Assembly: GCA_963675245.1 (NCBI GenBank) | Contig: OY775910.1 | Coordinates: forward strand, 1,120,001 to 1,184,000 | Reading direction: 5' to 3' | DNA from: Acholeplasmataceae bacterium | GTDB lineage: Bacteria; Bacillota_I; Bacilli_A; Acholeplasmatales; Acholeplasmataceae | DNA length: 64,000 nucleotides | In this document: piece by piece, positions 8,836 through 17,805 of the stretch | How the letters are laid out: each line of letters begins with the position of its first letter | Numbering within the stretch: the first letter of the stretch is position 1 | The notes under the pieces: generated by a model | The model's database searches: none | The model's input: the letters and a program-made list of their open reading frames with translations, nothing else | What the model was told of the DNA's origin: nothing | Translations under genes and position numbers: made by a program

Positions 8836-10559
8836 TTAACATCTTATTAAATGATGGTTTAGAACAAGAAATCATTGATCAATTAAAAGCATTATATGAT
8901 GTCGAAGATCATCATTATCCAAAACCAGAATTATTAGAAAAAATAAAAGAAGTCGATATTATCGTCATTAGATCCAAAACGACCATTGATCAAGATGTCA
9001 TTGATGCAGCATTAGAAACAAACCAATTAAAGCTCATTATACGCGCTGGTGTTGGTGTCGATAACATTGATTGTAGGTATGCTGAATCAAAAGGCATTAC
9101 CGTGAGAAACACCCCTAAAGCGAGCACACAAGTGGTTGCTGAATTAACGTTATCCTTTATGCTCGCTTTATCAAGAAATATTTCATACGCGGACGCGTCC
9201 ATGAAACAAATGGCATGGGAGAAAAAAGCGTTAGTGGGTAGTGAGTTAAATGGTAAGACATTAGGGATTATCGGCTTTGGAAGAATTGGGAAGAAAGTCG
9301 CAGCATTCGCCTCGATCTTTGATATGCGTATCTTATTCTATGACGTGTATCCTGTGGAATCAGCATATGAACAAGTTGATTTAAATACCCTATATCAGGA
9401 AAGTGATTATATCACCTTACACGCACCTGCTCAAGATAAACCGTTTATTAATGAAGATGTATTAACCCTTTTAAAACCAGGTGTGAAGATCATTAACACA
9501 TCAAGAGGGTCTGCTATTGATGAAGACGTGTTGATGAAAGGGATTGATGAAGGGATTATTTCAGGTGCAGCCCTTGATGTCTATCAAACAGAACCTAATA
9601 GAAATGAAAAACTCACAACCTATCAAGATATCATTTTAACTCCTCATATTGGCGCGAATACATTGGAAGCGAGTAAACGTATTGGAGAAGAAGTATATGA
9701 CACAATCATTAAATTCATGGAGAGAAGAGAAATGCCTAAACGTCTGCAAGTAGGAATGCCAGTCTTAATGGAATATAAAACAATAGAAGAGAACATCGCT
9801 TTAGCCAAAAAGCTAAAACTTGACTTTATTGAACTTAATATGAACTTTTTATATTGTTATCCATCCAAATCATTAAGGGATAAACTAGAAAAAGTTCATC
9901 AAGAAGATGGCATCGGGTTTTCATTCCATTATTATGATAATATCGATATCTCCTCACCAAATGAAAACTATATGACATACCTTAAAGCAGATATGACCTT
10001 AATCGGTGAAACATTAAATGGTCTAATTCATAAAATGGTTCTACATATTGAACCAGGCTCATTTATGACCATCTTTAGTGAAAAACATTATGTCTATAAA
10101 TATGATGATGAATACGTTGAAAGAACCGTTAAGAATGTGAAGGAACTTCAAGATATCTTAGATCAATACGACATTATGATCGTCTTAGAAAACGTTCCGA
10201 TTCACCCGTATATGGAATCTCTTTATAAAGCCCTACAAGAGGCAGGTTTTCATTTTACATGGGACATTGGGCATGATGTCATTTATGAACATTATTTATA
10301 CTCAACCTTTAGAACAAAATATCATCTTGATGTGAGACATATGCATATGCATAATGTCTTAGATTATGCCGATCATCAACGACTCACATCAGGAAAATTA
10401 AAGATTAAAGAATATATCAATTACGCGATCAATCACAAACTCTCAGTGGTGATTGAAGTCAAAGATAAAGAAAACTTAGAAGAGTCTGTGAAATATCTTT
10501 ATGATTATTTGGAAGCAGTCGGTAATCAAGATGTAGAAGATAAGATTTGGACACCTTAA
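8832..10559 (+). CDS. D-3-phosphoglycerate dehydrogenase-like domain fused to a C-terminal xylose-isomerase/endonuclease-IV-like TIM barrel
   Basis: Residues 1-300: RAGVGVDNID, GIIGFGRIG, INTSRG, LDVY..EP, TPHIGA. Residues 300-575: FIELN, VLH, VLENV, WDIGHD, HMHMH, DHQ, VIEVK metal-ligand pattern. Confidence 0.85.
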   Translation: MINILLNDGLEQEIIDQLKALYDVEDHHYPKPELLEKIKEVDIIVIRSKTTIDQDVIDAALETNQLKLIIRAGVGVDNIDCRYAESKGITVRNTPKASTQVVAELTLSFMLALSRNISYADASMKQMAWEKKALVGSELNGKTLGIIGFGRIGKKVAAFASIFDMRILFYDVYPVESAYEQVDLNTLYQESDYITLHAPAQDKPFINEDVLTLLKPGVKIINTSRGSAIDEDVLMKGIDEGIISGAALDVYQTEPNRNEKLTTYQDIILTPHIGANTLEASKRIGEEVYDTIIKFMERREMPKRLQVGMPVLMEYKTIEENIALAKKLKLDFIELNMNFLYCYPSKSLRDKLEKVHQEDGIGFSFHYYDNIDISSPNENYMTYLKADMTLIGETLNGLIHKMVLHIEPGSFMTIFSEKHYVYKYDDEYVERTVKNVKELQDILDQYDIMIVLENVPIHPYMESLYKALQEAGFHFTWDIGHDVIYEHYLYSTFRTKYHLDVRHMHMHNVLDYADHQRLTSGKLKIKEYINYAINHKLSVVIEVKDKENLEESVKYLYDYLEAVGNQDVEDKIWTP

Positions 10560-10633
10560 ATTAAAAAAAATGTCAATTAGACACTTGAATGGTAAAATTG
10601 TTTCATAAAAATAACCTAAAGGAAAACTATATT

Positions 10634-11371
10634 ATGGTTAAAATATATGAGTTTTATACTGAGCTAAGAGACTCAAACCCCAAAATCTTTAGAACAATAC
10701 AAGTGATTTCCAAAATCACAGTAGCTGAATTTGTATATATTCTGTTATCGTTGTATGACATGCAAGCCACACACCTGTTTAAAGTCATTGTTCCAAAGGG
10801 ACAAACTCTCGTTGAAGCATATAAAAGAAAAATAGGGAATGACTTTGATGAAGTAACATTTAAAAATGAACATCCAGACATTTCTAATGTCAGATATCGA
10901 TATGAACTGCTTGATATCATTGATGATTTTCCAGAAAGAGAAAATGATGTCGTTTTAAACGTAACAAAAGAAAAGCTAAAACAAGCGATATCAATCATAG
11001 GAGAACAAATGGTATTATGGTATGACTTTGGGGATGATTGGTTTGTTGATATTAAACTCATCAATATTATTGAGACCGAAGATGATGTGATAACACCCAA
11101 TGTATTAAAAGGAGCAGGTTTTGGCATTATTGAAGACTGTGGTGGTTCATGGCGATTAAATGATATTATCATTGCATTTCAGAACAAAAAGGGGAAATTA
11201 TACAAGGAGATCTGTGATTGGCTAGATATAGATGATTTTGATTTTTCTAAATTTGATATTGATGAGATGAATAAAAGGCTACAAGTCATCCCTCAAATCT
11301 ATAAACGAAGTTATGAAAAAAAGATAGTACCTTCACAAGAAGAGATAGATTACATTGAAAGAAGATATTAA
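10634..11371 (+). CDS. Plasmid pRiA4b ORF-3 family protein
   Basis: LWYDFGDDWFVDIKL and GAGFGIIEDCGG motifs. The ATG at 10634 follows AAGGA; the ORF track start of 10589 is probably too long. Confidence 0.75.
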   Translation: MVKIYEFYTELRDSNPKIFRTIQVISKITVAEFVYILLSLYDMQATHLFKVIVPKGQTLVEAYKRKIGNDFDEVTFKNEHPDISNVRYRYELLDIIDDFPERENDVVLNVTKEKLKQAISIIGEQMVLWYDFGDDWFVDIKLINIIETEDDVITPNVLKGAGFGIIEDCGGSWRLNDIIIAFQNKKGKLYKEICDWLDIDDFDFSKFDIDEMNKRLQVIPQIYKRSYEKKIVPSQEEIDYIERRY

Positions 11372-11374
11372 CAT

Positions 11375-11414
11375 AAAAAAGTTCCTATCGGAGAAATCTC
11401 CAAGGAACTTTTTT
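11375..11414. terminator. Bidirectional terminator-like hairpin
   Basis: AAAAAAGTTCCT...AGGAACTTTTTT with an inner GGAGA/TCTCC stem. Confidence 0.75.
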
Positions 11415-11523
11415 GATTGATCCAACAAACCATCTAATAAATTAAAAAACTGAAATTAAAGTAAAAAGGATGTTATATGAATAGTATATGATAGAGCACT
11501 TTTTGTGATTGGAGGTTTATTGA

Positions 11524-12495
11524 TTGAACATACATCCGTTAGATTCATTAATCATGCAATATCTTGCAGAAAAAGATATTACAAGAGGTTCATTCGAATT
11601 ATATGACACCATTTTGAAACAATTCACGACATACCTAAAAGAACATCACATACTATTCGCGAAGACAAGTGATATCATCAATTATCGACAATGGAAAAGA
11701 AATCAAGGGTATTCTACGCGTTGGATTTATCATCAAATGAGTGCAATTAAGGGACTCTATCAATATTTAAAATATAATCAAAAAAGATTAAATCTATCAG
11801 AAGAATATGCAAACGACATTACGGAACTCATAAAAAACGAACGTATTAAAAAAGGTATTTCAAAACCAATATTAACGATTGATCAAGCAAAACATTTAAT
11901 ATTATGTAGTAAAGAAAACCGAAAGTATATTTGGCATTATCGTGATCACGCAATGCTTTATCTGATGTTAACGACAGGTATGAGAAGTGTTGAATTAAGA
12001 CGTGCTAAAAAGAAAGACTTAAAAATAATTGAAAACCAATCAATATTATATATACAAGGTAAAGGTAGACAAATAGCAAATGAGTATGTCAAAATCACGC
12101 CAAGTGTTAAGCGTGCTATTGATGAATATCTAAAGAAAAGAAAAGATAAGAATCCTTATCTATTTGTATCACATTCTAAGCATACGGATACGCCATATCT
12201 GTCAAGAACATTTTTCACTAGAATGCTTAAACGTGTATTATCATCATGTGATTTAACTTATACAAAGATAAAACCCCACTCTTTAAGACATACTGCTGCC
12301 ACATTTAACCTACTTAGAGGTGGTTCCCTAGAACAGACCAAACAGTTCATGAGACACACTAATATATCTACGACACTTGTCTATGCTCATCATGTGAAAC
12401 GATTGAAGGATGACTCGGTGAATCAAATTGAAAACTATATTTTAAATGAAGATATATATCATTATCATGATGAATACATCATCATTGATCTATGA
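11524..12495 (+). CDS. Tyrosine recombinase (Xer/integrase family), paralog A
   Basis: TGMRSVE (R), GKG (K), HSLRH, RHTNISTTLVY (H, Y); N-terminal SAM-like domain; GGAGG RBS before the TTG start. Confidence 0.92.
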   Translation: MNIHPLDSLIMQYLAEKDITRGSFELYDTILKQFTTYLKEHHILFAKTSDIINYRQWKRNQGYSTRWIYHQMSAIKGLYQYLKYNQKRLNLSEEYANDITELIKNERIKKGISKPILTIDQAKHLILCSKENRKYIWHYRDHAMLYLMLTTGMRSVELRRAKKKDLKIIENQSILYIQGKGRQIANEYVKITPSVKRAIDEYLKKRKDKNPYLFVSHSKHTDTPYLSRTFFTRMLKRVLSSCDLTYTKIKPHSLRHTAATFNLLRGGSLEQTKQFMRHTNISTTLVYAHHVKRLKDDSVNQIENYILNEDIYHYHDEYIIIDL

Positions 12496-13448
12496 GAGAT
12501 GAGGAAAAGATAATGGAAGCACATCCGCTAAAAGAATTATGCGAACGATATATTTTAGATCATAATTTTTCTGAATCGACTATCAATTCGTATCGAATAG
12601 TATTTAAGAAATATATAAATTTTTTGATAGAACATGATATTGAATACGCGAAAACAAGCGATGTTATTAAATACCGTGAAAATAAGAGGAAAAAAGGTTA
12701 TTCGAGCCACTATATCTATGTGCACATCTCTGCGTTAAAAGGGTTATATCGATATTTAAGACATAATCGATCTCGTTTTAATCTACGAGATGATTATGCA
12801 TATGATATTATGATGCCTATAAAAAATGAACGAATTAAGTATCATATAAAAAAACCAATTTTAACGATTGAACAAGCTAAACATATGATCCTTCATACGA
12901 AGAGAAATAGAACGTCAATTTGGCAATACCGCGATCACGCAATTATTTATTTGATGTTAACTGCTGGCATTAGAAGATATGAAATTAAAGAAGCGAAAAA
13001 AGAAGATTTTCAAATAGTTCATGGTGAATGTTTGTTATATATAAGACATAATAACGAAAGAACAAATGATGATTTTGTTAAAATCGCACCGGGCGTCAAT
13101 GATGCAATTAACGATTATTTATATATGCGTAAAGATGACAACCCCTATTTGTTTGTGACGACTAAAAACACGTCACCTAACCAACATCTATCTAGAACAT
13201 TCTTTAGAGAGATGTTTAGAAGAGTCATTAAAACATGTGGCTTAGAAAATATGGGAATTACACCACACTGTTTAAGACACACAGCGGGAGTGATCAACCT
13301 ACTTAGAGGCGGTTCATTAGAACAGACAAGACAACTTTTAAGACATAAAGATATTAAATCGACCATCATCTATAAAGAGCATATCGAACGGATGAATGAT
13401 GATTCAGAATTACAAATCGAAAAATTCATACTCGGAGACAAGGGTTAA
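12492..13448 (+). CDS. Tyrosine recombinase, paralog B (translationally coupled to A)
   Basis: AGIRRYE, HCLRH, RHKDIKSTIIY. ATGA overlap with paralog A and extensive similarity to it. Confidence 0.9.
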   Translation: MRDEEKIMEAHPLKELCERYILDHNFSESTINSYRIVFKKYINFLIEHDIEYAKTSDVIKYRENKRKKGYSSHYIYVHISALKGLYRYLRHNRSRFNLRDDYAYDIMMPIKNERIKYHIKKPILTIEQAKHMILHTKRNRTSIWQYRDHAIIYLMLTAGIRRYEIKEAKKEDFQIVHGECLLYIRHNNERTNDDFVKIAPGVNDAINDYLYMRKDDNPYLFVTTKNTSPNQHLSRTFFREMFRRVIKTCGLENMGITPHCLRHTAGVINLLRGGSLEQTRQLLRHKDIKSTIIYKEHIERMNDDSELQIEKFILGDKG

Positions 13449-13571
13449 GTTTCAAATGTAAAAGATAACATCCTAAATTGATTAAAATATCTATAAATAT
13501 TAGATTTCAAACAAATAAAACGTTTAAAACTAAATTTTTATGGTAAAATACAATTGGTGGGAGGTTATAAC

Positions 13572-14732
13572 ATGAAAATTTTAAAAATTAGAGTGTCAGG
13601 TTTTAAGTTATTAGAGGATAACTTTGAAATTGATTTTTTGAGTAAAGCGAGAGTAGGTGCGAATGATAAAGAAGATGAAATCATCGAATATTATAACAAT
13701 CTATACATACCAACAACGATTGTTTTTACAGGGAAGAATGCGAGCGGTAAATCATCTGTTTTATCACTATTAACATTTGTGAATGAATTGCTGAATGAAG
13801 GGCGTATTAGATTTAATGTGCTTGATTTCAGAGATGATCTCATGCATTTAGATCTATTTTTTGCATTAGATAATAAAATTTACAATTACAAAACAGATAT
13901 CATTAAACCTGAAACAAAATTACTTGATAAAGCCAATTATTGTAGTTTTAGAAATGAACGATTACTGGATAAAAAATATTCTAAAACCTATGGGAAAAAT
14001 ATTCTCAACAATGATTTTAATAAAGTTACTTTATATAAATCAGATGTTGGAGATACATCATTACTTTATAAACTTGTAGCGAGAAAATCACTATTTATAA
14101 ATTCAAATAACTGGTTTCACGATACTTCAATTGAGTCAATATTTAAGTTGTTTGAAATGTTTGATGTTAATGAAAATTTGATGATAAAAATTGCCAGATT
14201 ATTTGATGATAGCATTGATAAATTCACGTATGATAAGAATAAAAGGTTATATACCTTGTCATTAAAGGGGTTAGGAAAGAAAAATTATAGTGAATCTGAA
14301 ATGCGGATTTTATTATCAGACGGTACGATTAAAGGAATGACGATGTTTGGTCTAATTATTGCAGTATTAAAAACTGGAGGAAGTTTAATGATTGATGAAA
14401 TTGAGAATAGTTTTCATAAAAATTTAGTTGAAAATATCATCATGATTTTTAATGATAAACGGATCAACAAAAATAAAGCGAATCTTTTATTTAGCACCCA
14501 TTATGTTGAAATTCTTGACATCTTTAGAAGAAGAGACAATATCTTTATCACATCAAAAAAAGATGGTTATATTACCAATTGTAATCTATATGAAGACTAT
14601 GATGAAAGAATCGAATTATCCAAAAGTAATCAATTTAACAATAACACCTTTGGTACCCTTATCAATTATGATCAATTGATGGCATTAAAGAAAGAACTCA
14701 TCAATGAAATACCTGGTTTTAATAGAGGGTAA
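13572..14732 (+). CDS. AAA_21/AbiEii-like ABC-type ATPase (RloA/AbiLi-like)
   Basis: Walker A GKNASGKS, signature LSDGT, Walker B IDEIENSFH, H-loop FSTH. ATG at 13572 follows GGAGG. Confidence 0.85.
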   Translation: MKILKIRVSGFKLLEDNFEIDFLSKARVGANDKEDEIIEYYNNLYIPTTIVFTGKNASGKSSVLSLLTFVNELLNEGRIRFNVLDFRDDLMHLDLFFALDNKIYNYKTDIIKPETKLLDKANYCSFRNERLLDKKYSKTYGKNILNNDFNKVTLYKSDVGDTSLLYKLVARKSLFINSNNWFHDTSIESIFKLFEMFDVNENLMIKIARLFDDSIDKFTYDKNKRLYTLSLKGLGKKNYSESEMRILLSDGTIKGMTMFGLIIAVLKTGGSLMIDEIENSFHKNLVENIIMIFNDKRINKNKANLLFSTHYVEILDIFRRRDNIFITSKKDGYITNCNLYEDYDERIELSKSNQFNNNTFGTLINYDQLMALKKELINEIPGFNRG

Positions 14733-15237
14733 CACAGATAAAGCACTTATTGAGATATTAATGGGTAAGGGGATATTTAAAATAAGTGCAGATGATATGT
14801 TGGACTTGCGACCACATCAAAAAAGACAGATTGATACGTATTTAGCAGCGTTAATTAGACAGTTGAATGCCGATGAAAAGGTTAAAATCATTAGAATTGG
14901 GGATAAAATATCTGACAACTTGCGTATACCAAAAGATATCATAAGCAAAATTGATTCAATCATTAAGTATTGCACAAAGCCAGAATTTGAAATGTTACTT
15001 ATCATGGCGGAAAACATGACAGATGTGTATGAAAAACAAAAAAGTACAGTAAAACCGAAAACATTTGCTAAAACGTTTATTGTGTTTAATAAAAAAAGGT
15101 ATAATAATACGCCTGATTGGGTACATATGTATTTCGACAAATGGCTTAATAAAGACATCAAAGAATTACTTAAAGCGTATAAGCAATATAAGAAACATGA
15201 AACAGATGAGATGTATCTTTATGATTTAGTAAAGTGA
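14704..15237 (+). CDS. RloB/TOPRIM-like protein partnered with the ATPase
   Basis: N-terminal LVLIEGNTD, a central IIRIGD strand and CTKPEFEMLL (compare RloB CEG..E and NPCFELW). Overlaps the ATPase gene. Confidence 0.6.
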   Translation: MKYLVLIEGNTDKALIEILMGKGIFKISADDMLDLRPHQKRQIDTYLAALIRQLNADEKVKIIRIGDKISDNLRIPKDIISKIDSIIKYCTKPEFEMLLIMAENMTDVYEKQKSTVKPKTFAKTFIVFNKKRYNNTPDWVHMYFDKWLNKDIKELLKAYKQYKKHETDEMYLYDLVK

Positions 15238-15254
15238 TATTAACGCATGACATC

Positions 15255-15290
15255 AAACTAGCATCACTCACTAAAGTGTGCTAGTTTTTT
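15255..15290 (+). terminator. Intrinsic terminator
   Basis: AAACTAGCA...TGCTAGTTTTTT. Confidence 0.75.
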
Positions 15291-15306
15291 ACTTAAGTTT
15301 TACAGG

Positions 15307-15404
15307 TTTGTTCGATTTACAAACAAAATGGTGTTATTACCTTGTAATAAGGTGTGAATTGATGTAAAATGATGTCAAACAAAATTATTCAGTTATCGAA
15401 CAAA
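15307..15404 (+). promoter_or_regulatory. Predicted polysaccharide-operon promoter bracketed by 10-bp inverted repeats
   Basis: TTTGTTCGAT (15307-15316) and ATCGAACAAA (15395-15404). Between them TTGTAA (15342-15347), 17 bp spacer, TAAAAT (15365-15370), and the palindrome TTATTAC-CTT-GTAATAA over the -35. Confidence 0.55.
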
Positions 15405-15423
15405 GATAACCAGAGGTGACGAT

Positions 15424-15636
15424 ATGCCAGTTTATGAATTATATGTCAATGAAGAAACTGATGAATTTGAAGTGCGTGATGAGTCCTGTCCTAAAAGTAA
15501 AAATAAATCAGAAAAGTCATTGAAACTGATCGATCGACTAGATGCTGATATAACGATTGAAGAAGCGTATAAACGTTATTATCTTGCATATCCACACAGA
15601 AAAGTTGTGATTGCGGATTGTTGTAAGAGAAAATAG
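15424..15636 (+). CDS. Small hypothetical protein (70 aa, C-terminal CC), first gene of the glycan operon
   Basis: GAGGTG RBS, ATG start, 21 bp gap to the next gene. Confidence 0.65.
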   Translation: MPVYELYVNEETDEFEVRDESCPKSKNKSEKSLKLIDRLDADITIEEAYKRYYLAYPHRKVVIADCCKRK

Positions 15637-15657
15637 TTATATCAATGATCGGAGGAT

Positions 15658-16287
15658 ATGAGATTGAATCATAATCTATTTTTCAAACCCACACCCTTAT
15701 ATAAAGAGTTTCTCATATTAGATCTTATTGAAAAAGATCCTAACATCACTCAACGTGTCATGAGTGATGCTATTGGTGTGTCTGTTTCTATGATTAATAG
15801 TTATTTAGAATCTTATGAAAAAGAAGGTTATATTTTAAGGAAATATCATTCTACAAAAACGGTTGAATATTATGTCACCAAAAAAGGAATTGAAAGAAGA
15901 AAATTACTAAATATTTGGTATTTACAATCTTCTCATGGTGTTTATATGTCTGCAAAAAATAATATTATTATGTTCTTAAACCAAATCATTGAGCGTGGTT
16001 TTAAGAACATTTTATTATATGGTGCGGGGGAGGTTGCTGAAATCATGCTTCAAACGATGAACGACGATCAAACTTTACCTTTGAAAGTATTAGCAGTGAT
16101 TGATGATGACATTGGCAAAAAGAACCAGGTAATTGTTAATTTACCAGTTATTTCAATTGAAGATATATCAAAATATAATATTGATGGTATTTTGGTTTCA
16201 AGTTATAAACATCATATCGCAATCCATCAACATTTAAAAAATATTAATTATCCAGAAGAAAAAATTGTCAACTTCTTTGACAACTGA
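15658..16287 (+). CDS. EPS-associated MarR-like winged HTH regulator with a C-terminal Rossmann-like domain
   Basis: ITQRVMSDAIGVSVSMINSYL...YYVTKKG wHTH; C-terminal LLYGAGEVA...VIDDD. Confidence 0.8.
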   Translation: MRLNHNLFFKPTPLYKEFLILDLIEKDPNITQRVMSDAIGVSVSMINSYLESYEKEGYILRKYHSTKTVEYYVTKKGIERRKLLNIWYLQSSHGVYMSAKNNIIMFLNQIIERGFKNILLYGAGEVAEIMLQTMNDDQTLPLKVLAVIDDDIGKKNQVIVNLPVISIEDISKYNIDGILVSSYKHHIAIHQHLKNINYPEEKIVNFFDN

Positions 16288-16300
16288 TAGAGGAAAAAAT

Positions 16301-16912
16301 ATGTACTTTATATTTAAAAGAATGTGTGATACTGTCATAGCTTTTATAGGATTAATCGTCCTTTCACCAATATTTCTTGTATTGATGATTCTTATAAAGA
16401 TTGATTCAAATGGCCCCATTCTATTTAAACAAAAAAGAATTGGTAGACACAAAAAGCATTTCAATATCTTGAAATTTAGAACAATGAGAATAGATACTCC
16501 GAAAGATGTTCCCACACATCAACTCGAAAATCCAGATCAATGGATTACTAAAATGGGTAAATTCTTAAGAAAAATAAGTTTAGATGAATTGCCTCAAATT
16601 ATCAATATCCTAAAAGGTGATATGTCAATTGTTGGTCCTAGACCTGCATTATGGAATCAAGATGATTTGGTTACCGAAAGAGATAAATATGATGTATACA
16701 AGTTATATCCCGGGTTGACAGGTTATGCACAAATTAATGGTAGAGATGAGTTACCTATACCTGAAAAAGCTTCACTTGATGGTTTTTATGTAGAACATAT
16801 TGGATTGTGTATTGACATAAAAATATTCTTTGGAACAATCATTAAAATTTTTAAATCAGAAGGTGTCGTTGAAGGTGGCACGGGAACACTTGAAAAGAAG
16901 GACAGACAATAG
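16301..16912 (+). CDS. Priming phosphoglycosyl transferase (Bac_transf sugar transferase)
   Basis: KRMCD, FKQKRIG, KFRTM, SLDELPQ, GDMSIVGPRP, PGLTGYAQINGR. ATG at 16301 follows GAGGA. Confidence 0.93.
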   Translation: MYFIFKRMCDTVIAFIGLIVLSPIFLVLMILIKIDSNGPILFKQKRIGRHKKHFNILKFRTMRIDTPKDVPTHQLENPDQWITKMGKFLRKISLDELPQIINILKGDMSIVGPRPALWNQDDLVTERDKYDVYKLYPGLTGYAQINGRDELPIPEKASLDGFYVEHIGLCIDIKIFFGTIIKIFKSEGVVEGGTGTLEKKDRQ

Positions 16913-16921
16913 GAGTTACAT

Positions 16922-17776
16922 ATGAAACGTGTTTTAATTACTGGTGCAAACAGTTATATTGGTACTAATGTAGAAAAATGGTTAATGAGAGAACCAGACA
17001 AATATTATGTTGAAACATTAGATATGCAGAATTCTAAATGGAGAGAGTTTAATTTCTCAAATTTTGATGTTGTAATTCATGTGGCAGGAATAGCCCATGT
17101 TTCAACTAAAAAAAATATGAAAGACTTGTATTTTAAAGTAAATAGAGACTTAACTATTGAAACTGCTGAGAAAGCTAAAGCTGATGGTGTAAAACAATTT
17201 CTTTTTATGAGTAGTATTATTGTATATGGTGATAGTAGTATTAGAAAAAGAATTATTGACAATAAAACAGTTCCTACACCAAGCAATTTTTATGGGCAAA
17301 GTAAATTATTTGCAGAACAAGGGATTAAGAATTTAGAATCAGATGACTTTAAAATAGTTATTTTGAGACCACCTATGATTTATGGAAAAGGATCTAAAGG
17401 TAACTTTCATAGATTAGTGAATCTAATTTTGAAAATTCCAGTGTTTCCTGAATTTAACAATGAGAGAAGTATGCTTTATATAGATAATTTATGTGAATTC
17501 ATTAGATTAATGATAATTAATAAAGAAAGTGGTTTGTTCTTTCCACAAAATAGTGAATATGTGAAGACAAGTGATATGGTTAGATTGATCTCAGAAATCT
17601 ATATGAAGAAGATTAAATTTACACGAGTTTTTAATTGGATAATTAGATTGATGTTTGTAATAAATTCTGTAAATAAAGTCTTTGGTAATTTGGTTTATGT
17701 AAAATCCATAAGTGAGTACAAAGAGGATTATAGTATTAGGAGTTTTAGAGAATCAATTGTACATACACTAGAATAG
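16922..17776 (+). CDS. NAD-dependent nucleotide-sugar epimerase/dehydratase
   Basis: ITGANSYIG, YGQSK (YxxxK), LRPPMIYG. Confidence 0.9.
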   Translation: MKRVLITGANSYIGTNVEKWLMREPDKYYVETLDMQNSKWREFNFSNFDVVIHVAGIAHVSTKKNMKDLYFKVNRDLTIETAEKAKADGVKQFLFMSSIIVYGDSSIRKRIIDNKTVPTPSNFYGQSKLFAEQGIKNLESDDFKIVILRPPMIYGKGSKGNFHRLVNLILKIPVFPEFNNERSMLYIDNLCEFIRLMIINKESGLFFPQNSEYVKTSDMVRLISEIYMKKIKFTRVFNWIIRLMFVINSVNKVFGNLVYVKSISEYKEDYSIRSFRESIVHTLE

Positions 17777-17805
17777 TTTAAATAAGAGCGAACAAAGGTG
17801 ATTAT

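Noticed and set aside
15307..15404. LexA (Cheo) boxes at the glycan promoter
   Set aside because: The GTTCG and CGAAC half-sites are in the opposite arrangement to CGAAC-N4-GTTCG.
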